Positions 1 to 13,229 of a DNA stretch of 64,000 nucleotides are shown here, piece by piece. Below the pieces are notes generated by a model. The model was not told where the DNA came from, made no database searches, and saw only the letters and a list, made by a program, of their open reading frames with translations. Position numbers and translations under genes: made by a program. Within the stretch, counting starts at the first letter, position 1. Each line of letters begins with the position of its first letter. This DNA is from Fimbriosthenelais zetlandica (taxonomy: Eukaryota), in NCBI GenBank assembly GCA_977030845.1, contig OZ365111.1:11780001-11844000 (forward strand), read 5' to 3'.

Positions 1-278
1 TGTTATAGTTAGAATTCATTTTTTTTAGAGATAGTTAATCTATCATTATTCTCGCAATTCCGTTACTAAATCTGCGGCATGTTTCAGAAGAAGTTCCTAT
101 ATTTAATTATCATTAACTGATTTAGCACATACATACATGTACTTACATGGATATGCACATTTCAATTATATTTTTGAAATATGACAACCCTATGATTACA
201 AATGAAATATGATCAATGATACACAAATCCTCCCCACACACACATTTTTCGTAGGTTGTGGGATGTAAAAAAATATTT

Positions 279-830
279 TATAATTGTAATCATATAAGTA
301 ATCAATTTCTTCATGGTTTCATTTCAATAATCATTTTCATAAAAAGAGATCCCCAGATTTAAATCCTTTATTTTGACCTTTATGTAGGGTATCAAATATA
401 GCATGGTTTCATGCCAGTAACCCTTTTCAGAATAAAACAGTATAATTGTAATCTGCTATAAGACTTTCTTGTAAAATTGTCATAAAACAACAGGTAACCG
501 ATTCAATTTAAAGATTCAAGACACAGATCCATTATCTGTCTAGACTCTTGGCAACCATGTATCCACTTAAATATAAAGAAATGAGATAAAGCAGCAGACC
601 TTAAGAAAAACAGGAGACAGGTAAAGAAAATGGATCTTGGTCTTATTGTCTCCAGTTAGTCATTATAATATCCTTTTCAATATTTTATTTTTCCACGTTA
701 GTCAGTCCATAGTACCTTTCTCCAGGTTAGTGCAATTATATATGCGTTATAATTATGCTTTACAGTTATATACATGAAAGTCATGATGAGGTGTTTTATT
801 CATGAAAAGGATTATTGAAATGAAACCATA
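279..830. repeat. AT-rich foldback-like segment: two direct copies and one inverted copy of a ~35-bp motif
   Basis: CATGGTTTCATTTCAATAATCATTTTCAT (312-340) and CATGGTTTCATGCCAGTAACCCTTTTCAGAATAAAAC (402-438) match the reverse complement of GTTTTATTCATGAAAAGGATTATTGAAATGAAACCAT (793-829). TATAATTGTAATC is repeated at ~279 and ~441. Confidence 0.65.
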
Positions 831-1399
831 AGATCTTATCGAATAGATGCCATTTGTCTTCAAATTGATCGTTCCAAGGTTTATCAGTTGTCTTCAGAAA
901 CCATCGATTAATTTTTTATGAATAAATTGAAAAGTTAAACTGCTTGCCAATTTTTAGGTTCACTGTTTAGGCCATATGCATGACAAAACAAGTAAATGGT
1001 TGTATATAGATTGAGGCTACACACACCTGTGTTGTGAAAACCCTGAACTGGCTGCCACTCAGGTTTTCCATCAAGATATATTGATGGTCACAGGCGCTTT
1101 TGTTTGAACGTTTCAAACTGGGTTAATGTAGTCAACTTTTTCATAGATTAATGGACCTCTTGTCATGTCATGGGTGCCAGAAGCAAACATTAGGGTTTCA
1201 GTACAAGACAAGGTAAATTAGGCAAACAAGGTAAACACGTGGCAACAATCCTAGTTGTAAGAACATATGTCTCAAACTTGATCTTTCTTAAAATTTATGA
1301 CATAAGAAATCAAAATGTATTACAAAAATTCATTTGGTCAATCGCAAAGAAAGTCTAGGCATGGTAGTTTCGGAGGAACCTGAATTTTCTTAATGCAAT

Positions 1400-1760
1400 G
1401 AATAGATTACTTCATAGAGTCATTTCGTATCTATAATATGGTCAATACCGTTAATTACACCTGCTGAAACTTGAACATTTAACCGCGTGCGAATGGCATA
1501 GTCTGATGACAGAATATAGTAAATCCATGAGAAGTGATTAAGATAAAGCGAATAGATGTTGATAAAAAGTGACAGTTTTGGCACGAGCAGTTGATCCAAG
1601 GGTTCACGACCCTGAAACCCCTATGGCGATGCGGACACCTCTCCCTCCCAACCAATAAACGCCTCCAACGTATCCTGAGTCATGACAGGCATGCACAGTG
1701 AGAGGAGAATCAGAAAGGTGATGGAGGGGTATAGGTGAAAATGGAGGTCAGGATTAGGCT
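1400..1760 (-). mobile_element. Decayed non-LTR (LINE) reverse transcriptase fragment
   Basis: One minus frame reads YPSITFL...LEAFIGWEGEVSASP*GFQGREPLDQLL, matching YRPISL...L..Q.GFR.GRST.DQL of LINE RT. Confidence 0.5.
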
Positions 1761-2129
1761 AGTTTCTTTTTCCAAATCACCAAAATTGAAAATCAGGGAA
1801 GAAAGGGAGATAATTTATATGAATTTTTTAATTTTTTTCTCAAATATACTTTACTACAGTTAGAGGGAAAAAGGATATTACAAATCAATAAGTTATTATG
1901 TTGTTATATATAGAACCATGGGTTATGAATACCTCGGTCATAGCTACATATTGAACCATTGACTTATCATTTGCGCATTTCTAGTATGCCACAGGTCCTT
2001 CAAACCCCTGTTCTTTGTACATCTATTTCATGAATACATAATCAATAACTTCTTAAAAATAATTGGGAGAAGAGCTGTTCTTTATTATGTCTATAGATAA
2101 AAGCATACATAACTCTTCCTCTCTATTTA

Positions 2130-2420
2130 AAAGTAATTCAGCTTTATGGCCTCGCAGGAAATAGAATTTGAAGGCAAACCTGATTTGGGAAACCAGAATC
2201 TCAATTCCCTTCACAATTCATGTACTAAAATCCAAATGCCTCGATGCTGGTACCAAGATTAGCAAGCATGGCCTCGCTGCCAAGATCTACTCAGAAATAA
2301 GATATGAACAAAAAAACTGGTCGGCGTTAACCTCATTTTCCCATATTATCGCTTGCTCAGTTGGACCATCTCCATTCGCGATGTTACAACAAATCGTCTT
2401 TACGACTTGCTCGTGATCAA
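2130..2420 (-). mobile_element. Possible LINE RT N-terminal fragment
   Basis: Minus strand has PKSG followed by a frameshifted YRPISL-like stretch (tgcgaggccataaagctg, ~2150). Weak match. Confidence 0.3.
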
Positions 2421-2949
2421 AGTGGACTTTTACGAGGCATTTCACAAGCGCCGATAATAACAGATTATGAGGCGATTCGCTGATAAAAAAAAGTCGAAGG
2501 AATTTTCTCGATGGTTCTATGCTTGAGTAGATGGGTGTATGGCTTGCCTGGGGTGAACGTCATTAAACGACTGGGTAATCAGTGGAAGATGGGATGGAGG
2601 AAAAGACTGAGTGTTGCTTGGAAGAAGGAGGGGGTGGCCGGGGTGGGTGGGGGAATAGTGAAGGAGAGTGCATGAGTGAAGAAGGGGCGGAAGGGAATAT
2701 TGTTGAATGTTGCAAATAACTATAAGGAAGCGGGGGTGGGTGGATGAGGGAAGACCTAGAGATGGTGTTGTGGAATTTCTTTTTTAAAATTTTTATTTAA
2801 ATCAACTCCAAACCATATATCTGTCATGGCTATCGCCTCACCTCCCTCCCTTCCTGTCCCTGCCCTCCTCTCATCTTTCTTTTCGTATGATGGGATCTAT
2901 TAATTAGTTAGAAAAGCAATAGTGGAAGGTTTATCTATACTACTCACAC

Positions 2950-4690
2950 TGATGGTGTTATTCATCTTAGAAGTATCGGGATCTATGATTCGGGGTACCA
3001 GGCCTATACAAGCATGAGTATGCACCCCAAACCTACAACCTATCTTATCACAGATCGACCTACACTAATTGAAGCCTAATGAACATGCCTGATATAGGCC
3101 ATCCGTCCATTGACTGGGCCTGAAGATCCCGCCATTCCTTTGCTATTCCTTTCTCAAGAACGGAATTAAATTCGGATTGGTTCTGTACTCTCCAGTCCCA
3201 ATTTCATATATATATATATATACCGGTAGCCTGTACCTGAAGCCATACATGTTAGTATATAGACAGTGAGTAGGCCTATATCTCTCACATTCACCCCCGG
3301 GATTTAAGCACCTCGTTTGCCTGATTCTCAATCCACCAGTAAGCATGGCACAGGGAATTAATGAGTACTAGAACTAGTCGGAGGTAGAGGACGAAGAGGA
3401 CTGCATGGGATGAGAAGGAGAGAGAAGATTTCACAGCCTCTCTATAGATGGCTCCCACTCCGCCTATTCCCCCACCACCACATGGCCACACTCGCTCGTC
3501 ACCAATCTCATTATCCCCATCTCCTGGCAAGGCAGTTTCAATTACTCCTGTGCTTGACTGGAACAAAATGTTTATGCACCCGAATCTCCCTTTCATTAAC
3601 ATTTCACAGGCTCGGCTGGCTTATATTTCCGCCTTGGATCCTCTCGCCCTTGCCAAGCCGCTCTCCTAGGTCGTCAAGGTTCGCACTGATACCGATACTA
3701 ATTCCAAAAAGGGTCATAATCACCGTTTTTATGAAGACAGGCAAGCCATCCCTTTTTCCAGCTGGTTACTCCATCTTATTTGATATTCATACTAGGTGTG
3801 AGGGTTATCCGAGATGCTTTGATAATTGACTGCTAAAATGGATAGTTATCGATAGAGCAGGGTTATCTTAGTTCATCCCGAGAACCAAATGCCTTTCAAT
3901 GGCTTCTTCCCATTGGCTTCTTCTCTGGAATGCCATATTTCAGTTCTTTGTGCTTTCACTGTGAAATAGCTCTACATGAGTGTTAAAAGTTAGAACATGA
4001 GCGTCTTTAAATATGAAGGCAACTTCCCAGATACATTTCCTATTATGTAATGCTTTGATATTGCTAAGTTACGTATTTTCTGTATATTGGCCCTCTTCCC
4101 TTTAATATATGGGGTCAGTACGGCTTATATGTAAATATCCAAAGACCTTGAGGGCATTGTGATATTTATCAAGCACGATATATAGATAGAAGAAATTTCT
4201 TCAAGAATCTCAAGGGATAGAACCTTCGCCCTTGAATACGTGGGACAACAGCATGACAATTTATCACTGATGACTTCTGTTATTTTTTCATGAAGCAAAT
4301 CTCTAAGGAAAGGTATTTTTTAACATGGGCGTGCAGCCATGCATTGTAGACCTCCAATGCTATAGTCCCTTCACACCTATAGACAGATGCGCTGTGCCCT
4401 CTACACTTTTCGGAGATCAGGGGAAAAGGGACCGTGCTAAAGGACCTATTGTTAGGACCTAACAGAGCTATACTCTGAGCCAATATTTCTTGAAAGGGAC
4501 ATGTCAATGGGTTGGGATGCAGGACCTTTGAAATAGTCTCCGAACATAGGGAGGCACGGGGTATAGATTCTATACTGTCGCCGTGCTATGGAGTTGGCCT
4601 CTAGCCCGGGCGAGTGATCCCAGGGGCTGTGGAGCAGTGATAGGCTTTGGCCAGTGATTGTTTTGGCAGAGCTGTATCTATTCACAGAGG
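2950..4690 (+). mobile_element. Decayed DIRS-type retrotransposon (RNase H end, MT-like region, tyrosine recombinase)
   Basis: In order on +: H.PG..ADS-like (~3290-3330); LDWNKMFMHPNLPFINI (W....yafPPf.li); FALEYVGQQHDNLSL (LaL.s..R.sel..L); ALCPLH at 4392-4400 (LCPV); GIDS; RRAMELASS...GLWSSDRL (tR..atS.A...WSS..tF, ~4630). The order matches DIRS YR. Confidence 0.6.
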
Positions 4691-4879
4691 TGAGGGCCAA
4701 GGTCTGGACATGAGCAGACTGAGGACTGATCAGTAGTCACGGTGTTTGAATCATTTTATCAATTCATCATCATATATATAGTCAAGTGAAACCCATTTTG
4801 GGGGAAATTTATGCACGACCTTTGACTCATGGGAAGCAGTATAAATCATTCAGGGAGGAATAGTCCATCTTTGTTGGAT

Positions 4880-7800
4880 GGGGAGAGTTTTGCTCTGTGT
4901 CATAGATGGTACAAACTAAATTCATGACAGATTCGTATGTGTAATATAATGGATTGAACAGACCAGGGCGTTTTTGTGGTCGCGCCCATGGCAGAGGCGA
5001 TTTTTTCTTTCGATGCACCCGTATTGGTCCGTCTCTTTGTACATCACTATAGCCGAGATAGCCTGTGCTGAAATCAAGTGAAAACATAGCCTCTGCAATT
5101 CTATTAGAAAATCTAATTGGCGCATTCGATTGCTATTTTTTTCCCTGAAGTCGCATGATAAAAACACAAGCAACCGGAGGCGATCGCAGTCTGTTCCAGC
5201 CATATATAAGAGTGTTATTGAAATAATGCATTAGTTAAAGTGTATGGGGTCATTAGGAGGTATAGACATGTGTTTCAGTGGTGTACCTATAATACAGGGG
5301 TAAGGGTCGAACTGAGGACACTGAGTATATTGCACAAGATAGGATGAGAGAGGTTACAGTGATAGCCTTGGACTGTTGGCGTGTTAGGTCAGAGTTGGCA
5401 CACCATCTTTCCTCCTCTGAAAGGATCACTTATTCACTGTGATTCCGGGGAAATAATTAATTCGCAAATTATATAACATTATAAAGACAATATCTCTGGT
5501 TGCTTTCATTTCCATTTCATGGACTGATTTGTCTTGATTCCATACGCAAATGCTTTTGGTCCATATAACCACCTCTTCATTGATTTACGTCGCTGCCCTT
5601 CTAATGCTATGGCCCAGACCGGGATCGAAGGCTATAGTGTTTCCCCATCACATTGTTTATGCTGTGAAGTAATAATATATCATAGATCAATGGTGTCATA
5701 ATAGCCGGCATCTTTCACTGCCTCGCCATATAGCTTTTGGCCGTGGTCTACTGGGGGCCGGAATGGCCATATCGGGGGAGAAATGTCAACAAGTAGGTGT
5801 TTGCACTGGAGAAAGTGGTAATAGTAGTGGGCGAGGTTACTGTTTGTGCCCAGGAAGAAGATCGCATGATTTGCATCCATGTCAAGCCTGCTTTGGAATG
5901 CACATAGCTTGAACGTATATCGGTTACATGCACAGGCAAGGGACACAGCGTTGGGAGGATGGACCGCCTCTGTTGGATTTCTGGGGATTGTTTTAGAAAT
6001 AAAATCATCTCAACATATCCACATTAAATCATCAATGGGTATGAGTGAATGTTTTTATTGAAACAGTCCCCGGATGTTGGTTGGGTTCTCTCTTTGAACC
6101 ATGAATCGACCCGAGGCGATACGTCGAGGGTCCATCCAACCCGACCCGACCCGACCCCACAGGGAGAAGGTATAGACCTATACATGTGATGGCACATGTT
6201 TTGTTGCTGTCACTCAGTTGGCATTCACATGTATTCATCATTTCTGCCACTGGAATTGAAAATGATAAAAGTGACACAGGTGAAAATTATACCTTATCAG
6301 CTTGATAGGCTGCAATGAACTTGTTCATTTTCGGAATTTCAGAAAACTCTTAACTCCTAAGGTTAATATTATCTTTGAATGAAATTTAATTTTGTATTAT
6401 CTGAGGTTTCTTTTTGTAAATGAGAATTGCAATCACATCTATTGGTTTTTTCCATTATTTAAAGTGGTTTTCTTTTACAAAGTATTGATTGAAGTTTTTA
6501 TTCAGAAAAGTAGGCCCGTTACTTCAAATAATCCATGTACGCACTTTGGAGATCGTCCTGCGAACGGAGAAAACTACATTCACACATATATATGTAATGG
6601 CCATATGACAGAGAGGTAATAATAATTCATGGTCCTTCCCCTGAGCAAACAAAAATAGGTTAAAGCAGACAAACGGTTAAGAAATAATAGAGACCTGTCA
6701 TCGATGAAGGGAGAGAGTTCATCTGGTGACTAGATTGTTTCTAGTCAATCCAGCTGTTCTGTTTGTTAGTTTTCCGACAGAGGGAATGTCCTCTAGCCAA
6801 TAACGTCACTCCAGACCAAGTCAAGCATGAGATTACTCTGGCTTTACACTGGGATTCACATTGGAGGACTGTGGGGATCTTGTTCTGCCACTTCTCGAGG
6901 TGAAGTTAATAAGATAAACGCGGCTGGTTGCTCCTTTCTTCACTCTATACAGCCCCAGGCTTCATGTCTGCACCATTGAAATATCTGTCAGGCCTTCCAA
7001 CAAATCTCCCCCTTTGAATATTGCATACTGGAGTAAAAATAGAAGTCCCGAGACCAAACACTCAACGATTTTACTTTTGTCGCTGATTGATTCTGGCGTG
7101 AAAGACACAATTGCTCTGCTTGTACAGAGCTTTACTGGTGAATAATCATATAAGATGTGATGAGGCACAAGGATGTGAGGTGCACAATCGGAGAAAAGTG
7201 AAATGTTTTTTTGGGGACGTGCCAATGTAACCCTTGCAATGAGAGGCATGATATAAAATGGGGCAATAACTGAGAAAGAGACGATGCCATATAAAATGCA
7301 CATATGCTACAAAACATATGTTGGGACGTGCGCTAAGATACTGATTTTGAGTCATTTTTACATCATGAATACACATTTCCCTGTCAGAAATTCCCTGTCA
7401 GAAATGCTGGATTGTAAAGGTTGTGATCAGAGCTCAACATATAGGTAAAGGTCATAGTATGTTTCTCTAAAAAGGGACAGGTGGGTGCTATGGTCCAATG
7501 AAAACATCCTTTCCCTATAACTATTATGGGACACTATTATTTCCAAAAAAGTCTTTTCAATTTGAAAAATCAACTATGTGACATATTACTTTCAGTACAA
7601 TGAACCAGTCACAAAAACAGATAATGAAGTATATAAATGGTATACATATCTGATCAATTGAGCCTGTTTTAATACAAATATTAGCCATTGAATTAGTATT
7701 GCCAGTTTTCCTTTTGAAATGGGTCCCATGGAATATTGACAAAAGTTTTTGTACAAAAAATCATTCCAATACTGCAATGAAGTCCAATGAAGGCATTTAT

Positions 7801-7950
7801 TATGAACATTCTATAGCAAGCCAGACAGGAAGGAATGGGCGGAATAAGTATGATAATATACCAATCAGAGCATTTATGTGTTTGAAATCAGCTTGTTGTT
7901 ACCATCTGGTGGTCGGCTATCCGGGAGCAAAACTATAACTTTGTAGGTTA
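4880..7950 (-). mobile_element. Decayed I/Nimb-clade LINE ORF2 (linker, RT, RNase H)
   Basis: Colinear minus-strand motifs: YWNDF linker (~7770); SRAIVSFT..SKIVECLVSGLL (YRPISLT..K.LERMV..RL); LEK (DLEKA); AQG (PQG); ttcgcaggacgatctc = FADDL with 1 extra base (6549-6564); SNKT; YRLGSIHGSK; RPPVDHGQKLYGEA (RSKLDYG..YGSA, ~5745); YMAGT (YTDGS, ~5200); IAEAM; HYITHTN (H.GI.GN). Confidence 0.7.
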
Positions 7951-8329
7951 ATGCCTTTTATATGCTTTCACCTCTCATTGTGTGGTCCCCAGCATGAAAC
8001 ATGTTACACACATTGTGCATGCACCGGTAGATTTTATACTAGCTTATCACTATGTTGGTAATGCCAAATTGGATGAATAAATGGGCAGTAAAGAATGCAA
8101 ATTGCATGTTTTCAAAATGTAAATTGCACCTTTCTAATCACATAATGCATGTTTATTATACATATTCATATGTTTATCATTCTGATAAAATATGTTACGG
8201 CAGTTTTGTGTGCATATATATTGACGTAAAAAATAATCTAATCAAAGAATCTGTCTGTTCATCTATATATCTTTATTCTTCCATTCATAATAGCATTATT
8301 GCATGTGTACATGTCGCTCAATCGTATAT

Positions 8330-9800
8330 AGTATACAGACACCGCCCACTCATGCATGCAAGTCCGAGCGATGTTGAGCACACATCCGCCTGTCCTTATA
8401 CCAGCGAAATTGCTCCCGAACCGCATCAGCTGTCCCCGGTCCCATAAAGAATTCAATTTATAATCATTATCCTTCAAATATGGCCAGGAAAGCAAATGTC
8501 TGACATTGCCAATTGTGAGGAGGCACCTTGGTAGTTTGTTTCTTGGGGTCGTGGGTGCCCAGCCAAAAGGTAACACATGTGAAGTCGCTGGGCAGGTTTG
8601 GGTCACGTATAGCATGACCCTTTGCAGCTGTTTTCCACTGGGAATGGACACTTGCCAAAAGCTACTGGACATCCACCAATCCAATCTCCAGAGGAAACCC
8701 CCTTATTTGTCCATCAAGACCCTTCAATTGAAACCGCCGCATCCTGATAATTAGACAAACATTGGCATATTTGTTCAAGATCAAAAACATGTTGATGGAT
8801 GGGCTGGAAAGCAATGCATATGTTTTAATCTCTATTTTTTTTTTTTTTTTTTTTTAGATCCGTCCACCTCATTGTGAGACAGATGGGATTTCTGCAGGTG
8901 AGTAAGCCTTACATCGCCATTCATTATTGAATTAAGATATTAATGGGAGGGAAATCCCCTGCAAAAATCGGATTGCATTTACCTATTTATTTACAATGCA
9001 ATATGGATGCATTCGGTTTTTTTGTACGTGACTGTACTTATAACAATGTATGACCCCATAAATTGGACATTTAATTGCTACCATGCATAACACTTGCATT
9101 ACCATATGAAAAGCTTGATAATAGGTCCCCACCCCCACCACCCCTGTCACCTCCTCAGGGAACACACAGGGAACTCAAAGCCTGTGTAATTTTACCAGGT
9201 GACGCTTCAGAAACTTTGTAAAAGTTGGATAATTTGTAATTTGGGTCGACAAAAGTGAAGGTATGTTTCCAAGATGTTAGAGAGAGAGCGGAGGGAAGGA
9301 CTTGGGTTTGTGTCATCTGGGCCCAATCCGGGAGCCAAACACAGATGGGAACTTTCCCAAGGTGAATGGTACTATATGTTCCCAAAGAACCCACCTCTCC
9401 CATCCCCCCCCTATACCAGACACCAGAGAAGAGGGTATACTAATGAAAAGGAAAAAAGTTGTATAGACAAAGGCCAAAGCATCAGGCATCGGCATGTACC
9501 GACTATTTCTGAACAGGAGAGGGATGGAGTGAAGAGGCATCGATTTTCTCACAACACTCCAAATCTTGTTTACTGCTGTTGGACCGAATAGGATATGGCA
9601 TTTGGGGCTTCTGGAGAAGGAGAAATAGGACTGATGTGTTTGCTGACGGACCAAAGGGTCTTGACCATTGACCATGCTGGGGTCAAGTTCACTGACCACT
9701 GAAGGTCGCACCCGAAAGCCAGGGGGTTGGGTTCCCCCAACATTTGGGCTAGGACCCTTGTATGGCAGGTGGCTGGGGACCGATAGCATCCTGGTAGTCT
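8330..9800 (-). mobile_element. Decayed DIRS-type element (gag end and RT)
   Basis: Minus strand: ILFGP (gag LFG); WERWVLWEHIVPF; SSLCVP*GGD (S.lFlVPKkdG); FQLKGL..GDW; SFWQVSIP; VLPFGWAPTTP, then PYLKD at YLDD spacing, then GCVLN. Interrupted by ~330 bp of unrelated sequence (~8770-9100). Confidence 0.6.
8835..8855 (-). repeat. Poly-T run (polyA tail on minus) inside the insert that splits the DIRS RT
   Basis: About 21 consecutive T; no TSD found. Confidence 0.9.
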
Positions 9801-9849
9801 TGTGCAGGTATTTGATAGTCTGTGCTTATTATAAACAGAGAAAATATCA

Positions 9850-11760
9850 AAATCAATCGCTGAAATACGACTCCTTATCCTTCTCTTTTAGTGGCACCAA
9901 AGATCTATATCTTTAGTTGGGAACACTAGTGTTGATTCCAGCCTTAAAATTATTATTTTTTTCTCGGGACGATGACAAGTCTAGTACCTTGGTTGAACCC
10001 GCATGTTATTCCTCTTTGTGATCAATATAGGCGTCCTCTTCGAACCTGTACCAGTATAGAGAAAGTAATGGATAAGAGGGTAGAGAGGGGGCTACAATAA
10101 TATATTGTCTATATAGAATCAGACACGTAACTTTCCACTGATATAAATGAAGATTTTTTCCAAGGGTATGCGTAATTATATACACTTTATACCATTAAGA
10201 ATGGTGGTTTCCAATAAAAAGAAAGCACGAAGGAATTTTTTTTGTTATTTTGGCATCCATAGGGTACATATAGATTAGGCCTAAATAAAAATATATGTAG
10301 GATATATCAGATAGCAAGTGAGGTACAGTATATGATCCATCAGGTACAATGTCAGATTTTCATGAGTTTATGCCATTAATTAATTTAAGCCTGTATTCCA
10401 TGCAGTGGAGGAGTGCTTTCCCTGCCATGTCACCCCCATGACGAGTAATGGATGAGAGTCAATTGCCTCCTCTCTCTCGAGAATCTTTGTGCATTTTACA
10501 GTCTGTCCTTCCCTCATTGGGATGTTAGTGATATTCAGGGCAGTGTTTAGCTTAATTAGTCGCAGCTCATTTGGGGGGAGATTTTGATCTTTTAGACTTC
10601 TCGGACCCAATTCATCAGGCAGACAGGCTGATTTGATTCTTCCGTGCTTCATTCAGACAAATAGGCCTGACATTTCCACCCGAACCCGAGCGTAAATCAC
10701 GCGAGTAGCTCGCCCCGCAAATCATATCACTTCCAAAGCAAGTCTTTGTTATTCTTGTAGGAAGTAGTGATTTTCCAGGGTCATCGAGCTGTGTCTCTTG
10801 GGCTTAACTTAGCACAGGGGTTGAATCATCGTCCGCGTTGGATGCAAGAGGCCAACTCTAGAGCAATGAGCCTTAGAGAGTTGCTGTGATTGGCCTTTTA
10901 GGCAAAAATATTTGATTATCCCACTATATGATATCTTTGGAGCGGAATCATCTACACATTCTGCAGAAATCACAGGAGCTCCAAGCTGTTTTTGAAAAGA
11001 TTTTACGGATCATTTTAATAATGCAAGACAAAGTAAGTTGTGACAATTTTTACAATTGTTTACAAAGAGTTTTGACCAGTATGCATGTACAACTGTGACA
11101 AGGACATCATAATCGTATACATTACCTCGAGTACAGTGACATACATACTCATCAGAATCAATCCCATTTCTTCACGCTCACAACCTACAATGTCCCGGTT
11201 TGTCCGCCTGATGCATGTTAACACTTTGCGCAATGGCAATAGTGGTGTGTAGAAGAGTTTAGGCGTGAATTCATGTGAAGCCATGCTGGCAGGATTCGCC
11301 CTGGGTGTCTGACGAGGCCCTCTAATTGGTCTTCTCCTTGTATACACTTCATCCTGCTGCTTGACAAATGACCCTCGATCCTCAGCACTGGCCCACTCCA
11401 TTGTCACCTTGACGTGACCTTCACACACCCCACTCACACACTAGTGCCACTGACCAGATGACAAATTGACAGACACACGAGGAAAGGACCGTAATTTTCT
11501 GTGTCTACACGATTCAAATTATCTTCCTCCAAATTATGGTCATTGAGGGAGCCTCGGGGGCCTCGCCCACATGCGTGGTGGGCTATGCCGGGTTGGAATC
11601 TTGACAGGAAGGAGGTGGTTGTTATGTAGTTTGGAAAATGAAGTACTTTGTTGGCTGTATATATATATGGTGGCGGGAGGTGTTGAACACTCTGGGAAAT
11701 TTTGATACTCAGTGAAGCAGTTCGGAAAGGAATGCAGGCAATATTTCCGAAGTCAGGCAA
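9850..11760 (-). mobile_element. Decayed I/Nimb-type ORF1 (gag-like) and start of ORF2 endonuclease
   Basis: H..LNRV; VKQQDEVYTRRR (l..QgV..vrRi); FYTPLLPLR..C (YiP.PlRCf.Cq); AWNTGL at ~10400 (qWNcrGl) where ORF2 should begin. Confidence 0.45.
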
Positions 11761-12399
11761 TTCGGCATTGACTAAAAGCCATAAAATACAGAAATATGAC
11801 TACCATGGACTTTCACCTGCATGCAGTTGTGTAAGTTCTTCTCAGCCTTTTCTTTAACCCGAAGACATTGAAGTTGCCATACCTCCTATATGGGAGCTAA
11901 TTCAGTGAGATACCTTCTCATAAACCGCAGCAACCTTCTATACATAATAGGGAAGCAACAAACCCCAAACCACCCATTGAGCTGCATGCAGCCTCCCTCC
12001 TCCTCTCTCACCTATTTATCCGCAGAATATGACCCCCCCCCCCCCCCACCACACTCACCCACTTGCACACACCTACCAACTGTGTATATGGCATACCATC
12101 ATGGGGGTGGACACGAAGCTAAGTGTGAAATATTTATCTCCTCACATTGTTGGCTTTTCTGGCCGACTCTGGCTCGCCTGACACCAAGTCCGAATGAATC
12201 CTCTCAGCCTGGCCTGATTGATTCGCGTCTGTACACGTGCTGGCATGCAACACCCATCTCGTTGGTATTTATTATTGTGCATGAGAAACAATGGCCTCCC
12301 AATGTGCCAGGCTGTGAGGAGTTGTATTTCATGCCTCATTTCCTCCCCCTCTCTGCGTCAAATAAGCCCTGCATGGCTTCTTTTTAAAAGATAATTATT

Positions 12400-13070
12400 T
12401 GAACTGGAACATTCGCCTCTGTTGAAGTAGGCTGTTAATTCTATTCTGACTCGGTATAAAGCCACTAAGCTGCCTTTCCCATTCTGAAGGATGACTTTTT
12501 AATGGAAGCTTTGTTCCAACTTCTCGAAATCATTCGATCCTCATCGATTTTACATATATATATGACCTAACTTCTATACATGGAAATGTAATTAGACTAC
12601 GTCTTGTGAGATTTTATCCAGATTAAAATGATTTTATTTTCAATTAATATTATCTCTTAAATTCGGCCTCCTATAGGATCCAAGTTCAAGCTATGCTTTA
12701 GCCATAAGTGAAGGTTGTGGCTCTTATAACTCTATATATAAATAGCGATCAATCTGCCAACAACGATATAGCTCTCCTTAAGAGCAAACCAAGCGTTTCT
12801 CATGATTGATAAGCTTTCAGGAGAACAGGTGAATTTCCCATTGGAAGCAGCCTTGTTTTTCACTGTCCCTAATCATACACAAGAAGTGAATGGTGAGCTG
12901 TCTGATTTTTTGCCCACTTTTTTCTTCCTCTTGGCACAGCTAAGCTCTCTCCCTAGAAAGGATGGCTTCAATGGTTGTCCATTATGACGCCCTTCTAAGC
13001 CACCCCTGACCTTCCTAGCGGCCCCCTTGTTGACCTTGAAGTGACCCCGAATGTTAAAGCTCCCATACTT
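12400..13070 (-). mobile_element. Decayed L1/Tx1-type endonuclease fragment
   Basis: IKYGSFNIRG (EN start), GRLIAI (D..GR.i) and AYFN (GDFN-like) in order. Confidence 0.35.
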
Positions 13071-13229
13071 TATCATGTACAAAGACAGTCTTGTTGTCCG
13101 CCTGGATCGCCAGGTGGTCCGAGGAGGATCTCACCTGTCTTTTTACATGATGGTGTTACTTATATATACCCATGTGTACATCGTTTGTAAGCATCCCTTA
13201 GCTCTCTCAATACAATGGCGCCTCTATGT

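Noticed and set aside
4452-4750. Minus-strand RNase H-like reading (TDQSS...SPWDHSPGLEANS)
   Set aside because: The + strand gives a longer ordered match to the DIRS recombinase, and the LINE RNase H already maps at 4900-5200.
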